The notes beneath the pieces are model-generated. The model did not search any database. It was given only the letters and a program-made list of their open reading frames with translations, and was not told where the DNA came from. A program made the position numbers and the translations under genes. 38,540 bases of DNA from an uncultured Alphaproteobacteria bacterium. Its GTDB lineage: Bacteria; Pseudomonadota; Alphaproteobacteria; UBA2966; CAIVPW01. Below, piece by piece: positions 7,990 through 15,502 of this stretch. The stretch is taken from the NCBI GenBank assembly GCA_903907895.1, contig CAIVPW010000062.1:1-38540 (forward strand), read 5' to 3'. The first letter of the stretch is position 1, and each line of letters begins with the position of its first letter.

Positions 7990-8829
7990 ATGCAACACAC
8001 GAACGTCGCGGGCCCGCCCGCCGGGATTGGCTCGCACTTGGCCGGCGAGGTGCTGCTGCAGGTGGCGGGCGTCACCCATGCGCATGGCGCCGAGCGAGTG
8101 CTCGATCGGGTGGATCTGACGGTGCGGCGCGGCAAGACGGTGACGGTCGTAGGCCCCAATGGCGCCGGCAAGACCACGCTGCTGCGCATCGCCATGGGTC
8201 TGCTGGTGCCGCAGGCCGGCACCGTGCAGCGGCGATCCGGGCTGCGCATCGGGTACGTGCCGCAAAGCTTCGCCGTGGATGCAACCTTGCCGTTGAGCGT
8301 CGACCGGCTTCTCGCGACGGCGTCGCGCTCGCCTGCGGCTCGCGCCGAGTTGCTGCGCGAGGTCGGCGTGGACGGGCTCGGTGAGCGGCCGCTGCAGGTC
8401 TTGTCGGGCGGCGAGTTGCGGCGCGTGCTGCTGGCGCGCGCCTTGGCGCGGGAACCGGAGCTGTTGGTGCTCGATGAACCGGTGCAGGGAGTGGACATTG
8501 CGGGGCAGGCGGAACTCTACGACCTCATCGCCCGTGCCGTGCGGTCGCGCGGTTGCGGCGTGCTGATGGTGTCGCACGACCTGCACCTGGTGATGTCGAC
8601 GACCGACCGCGTGCTGTGCCTCAATCGCCACGTCTGCTGCGAAGGCGCACCCGAATCGGTGGGTCAGCACCCCGAGTACCTGGCGCTGTTCGGCGGCGTG
8701 CCGCGCGGGCTCGCCGTCTACACCCACCACCACGACCATGCCCACGACGAGGCCGGTGCCGTAGTGCCGCTCGAGGGTGGCCATAGTCATCCGCGCGACC
8801 ACGCCCACGACCACACTCATCGGCATTAG
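7990..8829 (+). CDS. znuC: Zinc ABC transporter ATPase
   Basis: Walker A GPNGAGKTT, IGYVPQ, LSGGE, LLVLDEPVQGVD, SHDLHLVM, CLN.HVCC.G.P and a His-rich tail. Confidence 0.94.
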   Translation: MQHTNVAGPPAGIGSHLAGEVLLQVAGVTHAHGAERVLDRVDLTVRRGKTVTVVGPNGAGKTTLLRIAMGLLVPQAGTVQRRSGLRIGYVPQSFAVDATLPLSVDRLLATASRSPAARAELLREVGVDGLGERPLQVLSGGELRRVLLARALAREPELLVLDEPVQGVDIAGQAELYDLIARAVRSRGCGVLMVSHDLHLVMSTTDRVLCLNRHVCCEGAPESVGQHPEYLALFGGVPRGLAVYTHHHDHAHDEAGAVVPLEGGHSHPRDHAHDHTHRH

Positions 8830-9624
8830 ATGCAGGACTTCTTTGTGCGGGCGCTGCTCGGCGGCGTCGGCGTTGCGCTGATCACCGGCCCGATCGGGTG
8901 CTTCATCCTGTGGCGGCGCATGGTCGTGTTCGGCGCCGCACTGTCTCATTCGGCGTTGCTGGGCGTGGTGCTCGGCCTAGGTCTTGGCATCGGCGTCACT
9001 CCCGGCGCGTTGATCGTCTGCGTCGCAGTCGCGCTCGCGTTTCTCGCGTTGTCGCGGGACGGCCGCGTGAGCGAGGACGCCGTCCTCAACATCGTCGCGC
9101 ACGCCGCACTGGCGCTCGGGCTGATCGCACTCACGCTGCTCAGCAGCATCACAGGCGAACTCCTCGGGTTCCTGTTCGGTGACATCTTGGCTGTGTCGGC
9201 GGGCGACCTATTGTGGATCTGGGGCGGCGGCGCGGCGGTGCTGGCGGTGCTGATCGCAATCTGGCGCCCGCTGCTGACGATGACCGTGCACGAGGAGTTG
9301 GCGGCGGTGGAGGGCCTGCCCGTCGCTGCCCTGCGCATCACGTTCATGCTGCTGGTGTCGGTGGTGACGGCGGTGGCGCTCAAGATCGTCGGCGCGCTGC
9401 TCATCATCGCGCTGCTGGTCATTCCGGCAGCCGCAGCGCGGCGTCTGAGCACGACGCCCGAGACCATGGCGGTCACGGCCGCCGGCGCCGGCGTCGTGTC
9501 GGTTGTCGTCGGACTGTGGTCGTCGCTCTGGTGGGACTTGCCGGCCAGTCCGGCGATCGTGCTGGCGGCGACGCTGCTGTTCGCGTTCAGCCTTGCGGCG
9601 GGGCGTCCGCTTAAGACTTTTTGA
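8830..9624 (+). CDS. znuB: Zinc ABC transporter permease
   Basis: GPIGCFILWRRM..FG.ALSHSALLG, FLFGDILAV, KIVGALLI.ALLVIPAAAAR. Multi-TM. Confidence 0.94.
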   Translation: MQDFFVRALLGGVGVALITGPIGCFILWRRMVVFGAALSHSALLGVVLGLGLGIGVTPGALIVCVAVALAFLALSRDGRVSEDAVLNIVAHAALALGLIALTLLSSITGELLGFLFGDILAVSAGDLLWIWGGGAAVLAVLIAIWRPLLTMTVHEELAAVEGLPVAALRITFMLLVSVVTAVALKIVGALLIIALLVIPAAAARRLSTTPETMAVTAAGAGVVSVVVGLWSSLWWDLPASPAIVLAATLLFAFSLAAGRPLKTF

Positions 9625-10792
9625 GGCGTGCAAGACCCGCTTCGAGGTCGGCACGCAGATCGTCCGGGTCTTCGAGCCCGGCGTGGATGCGGACAAGCGG
9701 ACCGCTGGCCTGCCAGGGCACGGCAGTGCGGATTTGGCGCGGGTCCTGCGGCACGATCAGGCTTTCAAAGCCGCCCCACGAGTAGCCGATGCCGAACAGC
9801 TCCAGGCCGTCGATGAACGCAGCAACGGCGTTGTCGGCAAACGGCTTCAGCAACACGCCGAACAAGCCGCTGCCGCCGGTGAAGTCAGACTTCCACAGCC
9901 GGTGGCCAGGGTCGCTGGGAAGCGGCGGGTAGAGCACACGCTCCACCTCGGGACGCTGGGACAGCCAGGTGGCAAGCTGCATCGCCGTTTGTTGATGCTG
10001 AGCCAGGCGCGCCGACAGGGTGCGGATACCGCGCAGGGCCAGGTACATGTCCTGGGGGCCGGCGCAGAGGCCCATGCTGTACACCCAGTGGCGCAGCTTG
10101 CTGAGCATCGGCTCGCTCGCAGTGATTGCGCCCATCATCAAGTCGGCGTGGCCGCCGATATATTTGGTCACCGCCTGGATCGAGACGTCCACGCCGAGCA
10201 GCAGGGGCTTGAAGAAGAGCGGTGTCGCCCAGGTGTTGTCGATGAGGCTGACCGCGCCGCGTGCACGGGCCACCGCAGCGATCGCCGGGACGTCCTGTAC
10301 CTCGAAGGTGATCGAGCCTGGCGACTCCAGGAACACCGCGCGGGTGTTGCGGCGGAACAGGCCGTCGATGCCGGCGCCGATATGCGGATCGTAGTAGGTG
10401 ACCTCGACGCCGAGTTGCTTGAGCGTCGTATCGCAGAACGTCCGCGCCGGTGCGTATGCCGAGTCCACGACGAGCAGATGATCGCCGGGGCCTACGCTCG
10501 CCAGCAGCGCAACAGTGATGGCCGCGAGGCCGGACGGGACGAGCAAGGTCGAGCCTGCGCCCTCGAGCGCGGCGATGGCATCCTGCAGCGCAAATGTCGT
10601 CGGCGTGCCACGCCGCCCGTAGGTCACAAAACGGTCCGGCGTCCGCATCGCTTCCTTGAGCGTTGCGACGTCGGGGAACGTGACGGTGGAGGCCTGGTAG
10701 ATGGGCGGATTGACCACGCCGTGGTGGCGCGTCCCACCGCGGCCCGTATGGGTCAGGCGGGTGCGGTCGCCGCGGCGCGGGCCACCGGTCAT
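9611..10792 (-). CDS. metC: Cystathionine beta-lyase (PLP)
   Basis: VNPPIYQAST, YGRRGTPT, FLESPGSITFEVQD, IDNTWATP, TKYIGGHAD, RGIRTL..RL, FGIGYSWGGFESL. ATG overlaps the sseA stop (ATGA). Confidence 0.93.
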   Translation of the reverse strand: MTGGPRRGDRTRLTHTGRGGTRHHGVVNPPIYQASTVTFPDVATLKEAMRTPDRFVTYGRRGTPTTFALQDAIAALEGAGSTLLVPSGLAAITVALLASVGPGDHLLVVDSAYAPARTFCDTTLKQLGVEVTYYDPHIGAGIDGLFRRNTRAVFLESPGSITFEVQDVPAIAAVARARGAVSLIDNTWATPLFFKPLLLGVDVSIQAVTKYIGGHADLMMGAITASEPMLSKLRHWVYSMGLCAGPQDMYLALRGIRTLSARLAQHQQTAMQLATWLSQRPEVERVLYPPLPSDPGHRLWKSDFTGGSGLFGVLLKPFADNAVAAFIDGLELFGIGYSWGGFESLIVPQDPRQIRTAVPWQASGPLVRIHAGLEDPDDLRADLEAGLARLKKS

Positions 10793-11628
10793 TGCACCAC
10801 CTCGGTGTCGGCGCGCGCGCCCCATTCGGCCCACGAGCCGTCGTATACGGCCGCATCGGTCTTCCCGATCCGGTGCAACCCGAGGGCGAGCAGCGCGGCG
10901 GTGATGCCGGATCCGCACAGGGCGATGACCGGCTGGCGCGAATCGACGCCGGCATCCGCGTAGCGCTGCTGCAGCGCGGCCGATTGCAGCAATGTGCCAT
11001 CCTCGGCCAAGAGCGTGCGGAAGGGCAGGTTCTTGCTGCCCGGAATGTGACCGCCGCGCAATCCGGGGCGGGGCTCCGGCTCGGTGCCGTGGAAGCGGCC
11101 GGTGGTGCGTGCATCCACCACGAGGCCGCCACCGCGCTGCGACGCGCGGCGCACTGCGGCGAGATCTGCGACGAGGTGCGGCCGCAACGAAGCACTGAAG
11201 GTGCGTGGCACTAGGGGAGCGGAATCGCGGCTCACCGCGCGGCCATCAGCCTGCCACTTTGGCAATCCGCCATCCAACACGCTGACCTGATCGTGGCCGA
11301 ACGTGCGGAAGGTCCACCACACGCGTGCGGCAGGCGCCATTGCGTTGCGGTCGTAGGCGATCACGTGCGTGTCGTTGCCGATGCCGAGCGCGCCGACGGC
11401 GCGTGCGAATGCAGTGGTGTCGGGCAGCATGTGCGGCAGGGTCGTGGCTTGGTCGGCAACGCCGTCGATGTCGAACCACTGCGCGCCCGGAATGTGCGCG
11501 GCAGTGAATTCAGCGCGTGCGTCGCGCTTCTCGATGGGCAGGAACCATGTCGCGTCGAGGACGGCGACCTGCCCGAGGTGTTCCGCGAGCCAGGCGCCGG
11601 AGACGAGGTCGGGGACCTGCGTCGCCAC
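10789..11628 (-). CDS. sseA: 3-mercaptopyruvate sulfurtransferase (double rhodanese)
   Basis: HIPGA..FDID, LPHMLP, ARVWW.F..FGH, LDGGL, EPEPRPGLR.GHIPGS, active site CGSGITA, YDGSWAEWG. GTG start at 11628. Confidence 0.93.
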   Translation of the reverse strand: MATQVPDLVSGAWLAEHLGQVAVLDATWFLPIEKRDARAEFTAAHIPGAQWFDIDGVADQATTLPHMLPDTTAFARAVGALGIGNDTHVIAYDRNAMAPAARVWWTFRTFGHDQVSVLDGGLPKWQADGRAVSRDSAPLVPRTFSASLRPHLVADLAAVRRASQRGGGLVVDARTTGRFHGTEPEPRPGLRGGHIPGSKNLPFRTLLAEDGTLLQSAALQQRYADAGVDSRQPVIALCGSGITAALLALGLHRIGKTDAAVYDGSWAEWGARADTEVVQ

Positions 11629-11864
11629 TAGACCGTGGCGATGATCAGGGACGTGAGCCGTGCGATCAGGATCATCGGCCACAGCGGTCCGTACAGCAAC
11701 GCGTGCCAGGCGACGAAGCCCAAGTACGGCTCGACGCCGTCGCGCATGCCCCAGTACATGTGAAGCCCGAGGTACACGAAGTAGCCCACGACGTAGAGGC
11801 CGATGAGCAGCCGCCAACCGGTGAGGCCGGGTACATTGAAGAGGTCTGGTTCGCGCGTGCTCAT
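11628..11864 (-). CDS. Small membrane protein (78 aa, two TM)
   Basis: MSTREPDLFNVPGLTGWRLLIGLYVVGYFVYLGLHMYW...; start overlaps the cysK stop (ATGA) and stop overlaps the sseA start (TAGTG). Confidence 0.75.
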   Translation of the reverse strand: MSTREPDLFNVPGLTGWRLLIGLYVVGYFVYLGLHMYWGMRDGVEPYLGFVAWHALLYGPLWPMILIARLTSLIIATV

Positions 11865-12871
11865 GCGTTGCTGGGTAGCCATGGCGGAAGGGGCAATCCT
11901 TTTTCGCGCAAGAACGCGGGGTTGAACAGCTTGCTTTGGTAGCGAACGCCGAGGTCGGCGAGAATGGTCACGATCGTATGGCCGGGCCCCAACTCCAGGG
12001 CGAGTTTGCGAGCGCCGGCCAAGTTCACTCCGGACGATCCGCCAAGGCACAGACCCTCGCCGAGTACGAGATCGTACAGCACGCCCAGGGCCTCTTCGTC
12101 GGTGATCTGGTAGGCGCAGTCGACCACCACGCCTTCGAGGTTGCCGGTGATGCGGCTTTGCCCGATGCCCTCGGTGATGGACGAGCCTTCTGCCTTCAGC
12201 GTGCCGTAGCGGTAGTAGTTGTAGAGCGATGCACCCATGGGGTCGGCGATCGCCACCACCACGTCGTCGCTTTGCTCCTTCAGGAACATGCCGATGCCGG
12301 CCAGCGTGCCGCCGGTGCCGGCGGAGCAGATGAAGGCGTCGATCTTGCCGGCGGTCTGCTGCCAGATTTCCGGTCCGGTGGTCTCGTAGTGGGCTCGGCG
12401 GTTGGCGGTGTTGTCGAACTGGTTTGCCCACACGGCGCCATTGGGCTGGGATTTGTTCAACTCGTCGGCGAGGCGGCCGGAGACGCGCACGTAGTGATTG
12501 GGGTCGGAGTACGCGACGGCGGGCACCTCGCGCAGTTCGCCACCGGCGAGGCGGATCAGGTCCTTCTTCTCTTTGCTCTGCGTATCCGGCATGACGATGA
12601 CGGCGCGATAGCCGAGCGAGCGTGCGACATGGGAAAGCCCGATGCCGGTGTTACCGGCCGTGCCCTCGACGACCACGCCGCCGGGACGCAAGGCGCCGCG
12701 CGCTTCTGCATCGCGCACGATCGATAGCGCCGGACGATCCTTCACGGACCCTCCGGGGTTCAGGAACTCTGCCTTGCCTAGAATCGTGCAGCCCGTCTCT
12801 TCCGACAGGCGTCTCAGTTGCACGAGAGGCGTGTTGCCGATGAGTTCGCTGAAACTCCGGCGGACATCCAT
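11861..12871 (-). CDS. cysK: Cysteine synthase A-like PLP enzyme
   Basis: IGNTPLV.L, KAEFLNPGGSVKDR, EGTAGNTGIGL, WANQFDN.AN, GTGGTLAG, SSITEGIG, GGSSG.N. Confidence 0.92.
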   Translation of the reverse strand: MDVRRSFSELIGNTPLVQLRRLSEETGCTILGKAEFLNPGGSVKDRPALSIVRDAEARGALRPGGVVVEGTAGNTGIGLSHVARSLGYRAVIVMPDTQSKEKKDLIRLAGGELREVPAVAYSDPNHYVRVSGRLADELNKSQPNGAVWANQFDNTANRRAHYETTGPEIWQQTAGKIDAFICSAGTGGTLAGIGMFLKEQSDDVVVAIADPMGASLYNYYRYGTLKAEGSSITEGIGQSRITGNLEGVVVDCAYQITDEEALGVLYDLVLGEGLCLGGSSGVNLAGARKLALELGPGHTIVTILADLGVRYQSKLFNPAFLREKGLPLPPWLPSNA

Positions 12872-12963
12872 CGGTGATCACTCGAGCGTGAAAGGTGGCA
12901 GACTGTACCGACCGGTGTCGGCGCATTCAAGGAAGCCGCCATCCGGGCGATCGCCGCCGGCGG

Positions 12964-13572
12964 TCAGCGCCATTTCTTGCGCAGATTGTCGCGCTCTTTT
13001 TGGAGCCAGAGCAAACCGGCGAAGGCGGGGGCGGTGCGGATGCGGCCATCTCCGACGGCGGCAAACGCCTCGTCGGCCGGAACAGCGAACACGCGGATGT
13101 CCTCGACCTCCTCGATCAGGCCGTGCAGACCACCCGCCGCCGCCGCGTTCACTTTGCCGACGTAGAGACGATGGTATTCCGACGTTCCGCCGGCCGACGT
13201 GTAGAACTGGCCGATCTGCAGCAACTCGGTCGGCAGCAAGCCGGCTTCTTCCTCGCACTCCCGGCGCGCGACGTCTTCGGGCGTTTCGCCGTCCTCGATG
13301 ATGCCGGCGACGATTTCCCACAACCAAGGGTACTCATCCTCGGCGACGAAGGCGCCCGGGCGGAACTGCTCGATGAGTACGACCTGATCGGTCACCGGGT
13401 CGTAGGGTAGGACCCCCACCGAGTGACCGCGGTCTAGCACTTCGCGGGTCACCTCGGGCGACCAGTTGCCGGCATAGGTCCGGTACGTCATGTGGTACCG
13501 GTCCATGCGGAACCTGCCGCGGTGCAACGGCTCGACCTTCCGCACCTCGACGTCTTTGCGCGTGCGCTGCAC
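12964..13572 (-). CDS. nudF: ADP-ribose pyrophosphatase (Nudix)
   Basis: VLPYDP..DQVVLIEQFR.GA, Nudix box AGIIEDGETPEDVARRECEEEAGL, HGL.EE.EDI. GGAGG RBS. Confidence 0.88.
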   Translation of the reverse strand: MQRTRKDVEVRKVEPLHRGRFRMDRYHMTYRTYAGNWSPEVTREVLDRGHSVGVLPYDPVTDQVVLIEQFRPGAFVAEDEYPWLWEIVAGIIEDGETPEDVARRECEEEAGLLPTELLQIGQFYTSAGGTSEYHRLYVGKVNAAAAGGLHGLIEEVEDIRVFAVPADEAFAAVGDGRIRTAPAFAGLLWLQKERDNLRKKWR

Positions 13573-13783
13573 CAGGGAGCCTCCGAAAAGCGGTGCCCGG
13601 CTTTACGGGGGCGGAGCGGAGCCGTCAAGGCGGACGGCTGCCACCGTTAGGCGGGGGCGGAGGCGATTATCTTGGCAACGTCGCAGTTCGGCCCAACTTC
13701 GGGGGTAGAAGGCTGCCGCCCTAAGACTTGCCTACGGCAGGCATTGCGCTAGGGTGCGCCCCCAAAGGGAGATCCCCACCGGA

Positions 13784-14521
13784 ATGACGCTCGGACACGG
13801 CCTGCACGGCGGCCGGAAGAAGCGCGGACCGTCCGCCGCCCGGGTGGTCGGCTGGATTCTCGGCCTCGCCTTCATCATCGCCATTGGCGCTTGGTCCTAC
13901 CGGACCGGCTCGTCGCTGGCCCGCCAGGAAGAGGCGCGGTTGCGGACCGAGGTCGCCACCTTGACCGAGACCATGGACACGATCGAAGAGCGCAACGTGG
14001 CCCTCAACGCCGCTCTCGAACGCGCCCAAATCGAAAAGGCCGAGGCGGAAGCGCGCTACGCCCGGGATGTCCCGGATGCGGAGACGGCCCGGATCATCGA
14101 TCTGGTACGCGCCCGCCGGGCCGAAGGCATACCCGCCGATCGCATTGCCGAGGTTGTAGGGGCCGTCACGGTGCAGTGGCGCTGCACGGGCGAACCGGTG
14201 ACGCGCAGATTCCTCGTCCGCACGCCGTTGACGACGACACCCGGCAACGACGTCGCGGGCTTTGCCAACAACACGGTTACGGTCACCGGCACCGGCGTGT
14301 CCGACGTGGATGCGAATGGGCGGGCGCAGTCGTGGTACGACCCCAATCAGCCGATCACCCTGAGCTTCAATCGCATCGGCGGCGGCCCGGCGCAGGACAT
14401 CACCGGCCGCCTGCCGTTGTTCCACTCCGTCGTCAGCGGGAATCAGATCGTGCGCTTCAGCGCGGTTCCGGGCGACCGGGCTTTCGTAAACGTTACTGCG
14501 CAGACGTGCGCCTATCCGTAA
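13784..14521 (+). CDS. Hypothetical protein: N-terminal TM anchor, coiled coil, beta-rich C-domain
   Basis: One TM (VVGWILGLAFIIAIGAWSY), heptad-like E/A/R segment, C-terminal domain with two Cys. Strong coding-like codon use. Confidence 0.8.
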   Translation: MTLGHGLHGGRKKRGPSAARVVGWILGLAFIIAIGAWSYRTGSSLARQEEARLRTEVATLTETMDTIEERNVALNAALERAQIEKAEAEARYARDVPDAETARIIDLVRARRAEGIPADRIAEVVGAVTVQWRCTGEPVTRRFLVRTPLTTTPGNDVAGFANNTVTVTGTGVSDVDANGRAQSWYDPNQPITLSFNRIGGGPAQDITGRLPLFHSVVSGNQIVRFSAVPGDRAFVNVTAQTCAYP

Positions 14522-14549
14522 TCTGGCGCAGGACTTGGTGGGGAGAACG

Positions 14550-15113
14550 ATGCAAGGCCTTTCGATCCGTTGGATGAGCGCACTGGCGGCCACCGTTGCA
14601 GCCGCCGTGCTGCTGAGCATCGGTGGTGCCAGCGGGCAGGCCACCAATCCGACGCTCACGGAATTCAATCGTCTCGCCGGCGAAGGCCGGCCGGCGCTGG
14701 CGCGCGTCGAGAGCTTCCCCAACGACGGTCAGGTGCACGTGCCGACCGGCACGCGCGTCACCTACCGCACCGATCCGCCAACGTCGGGCAATCACTGGGA
14801 GCGCTGGGTCGATCCGGGCCGCTACGGTGAGGTGCCGCCGAACGAGATGCTGGTGCACTCGCTCGAACACGGTCACATCGTCATTTACATCGAACGTCCG
14901 ACAGCCGAAGCGGTGCGCTTGCTCACGCTGTGGTCGAACACCTGGCGCGGCATGTGGGATGGCATTGTCGTCGTCCCGCGTCCCGGGCTGGGCAGCGGCG
15001 TGATCCTGACGGCGTGGGGCAAGATGCTGCGGCAAGATGCTTTCGACCCCGCTGGCGCGGCGGCCTTCATCGATGCCTACCGCGGCCGCGGTCCCGAAAA
15101 CCCGATGCGGTGA
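14550..15113 (+). CDS. DUF3105 domain exported protein
   Basis: Signal peptide, then HV....TY..DPPTSG.HW, LVHSLEHG..VIY, LTAWG, GPE. GGAG RBS. Confidence 0.85.
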   Translation: MQGLSIRWMSALAATVAAAVLLSIGGASGQATNPTLTEFNRLAGEGRPALARVESFPNDGQVHVPTGTRVTYRTDPPTSGNHWERWVDPGRYGEVPPNEMLVHSLEHGHIVIYIERPTAEAVRLLTLWSNTWRGMWDGIVVVPRPGLGSGVILTAWGKMLRQDAFDPAGAAAFIDAYRGRGPENPMR

Positions 15114-15209
15114 AATGCCGGCGGCAGCTCGCCACCGCAGCAACTCACGCCGTCGCTTCATCAAAAAGAACTTGGTTTGACTCGTCCGGTGCGCTGCTGC
15201 TTACTGCGC

Positions 15210-15400
15210 CGGTCGAGGTTCCCGGAGCCGCAAGGCGTCCGGGTGAAAAGGGAATTCGGTGCGCTTCCTTCGGGAGGCTATGCCGGAGCTGCCCCCGCAA
15301 CTGTAAGCGGCGAGCAACTGTCCAACGTGCCACTGACGGCCTAGCCGTCGGGAAGGCGAGACAGTTGCGACGACCCGCGAGCCAGGAGACCTGCCCCGAC
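15210..15400 (+). ncRNA. Cobalamin (B12) riboswitch
   Basis: AGGT...GAAAAGGGAA.TCGGTG...CCGGAGCTGCCCCCGCAACTGTAAGCG...GCCACTG...GGGAAGGC...GCGAGCCAGGAGACCTGCC; B12-box elements directly upstream of a TonB receptor. Confidence 0.95.
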
Positions 15401-15502
15401 TTGTGATTGTCCGCGGGCGGGGTGTCCTGGCGGGTCGCACGCGGGACTCCATCCCAACCGCGTTCGCCCGGCACCCAACCGCAAGCACGGTGGGTGCACT
15501 CC

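Noticed and set aside
7468-8949. Long antisense ORFs (493 aa here; likewise 9503-10963, 15341-16912, 20777-22321, 22880-24358, 28008-29213)
   Set aside because: They are shadows of real genes on the opposite strand, expected in GC-rich DNA, and show no recognisable motifs.
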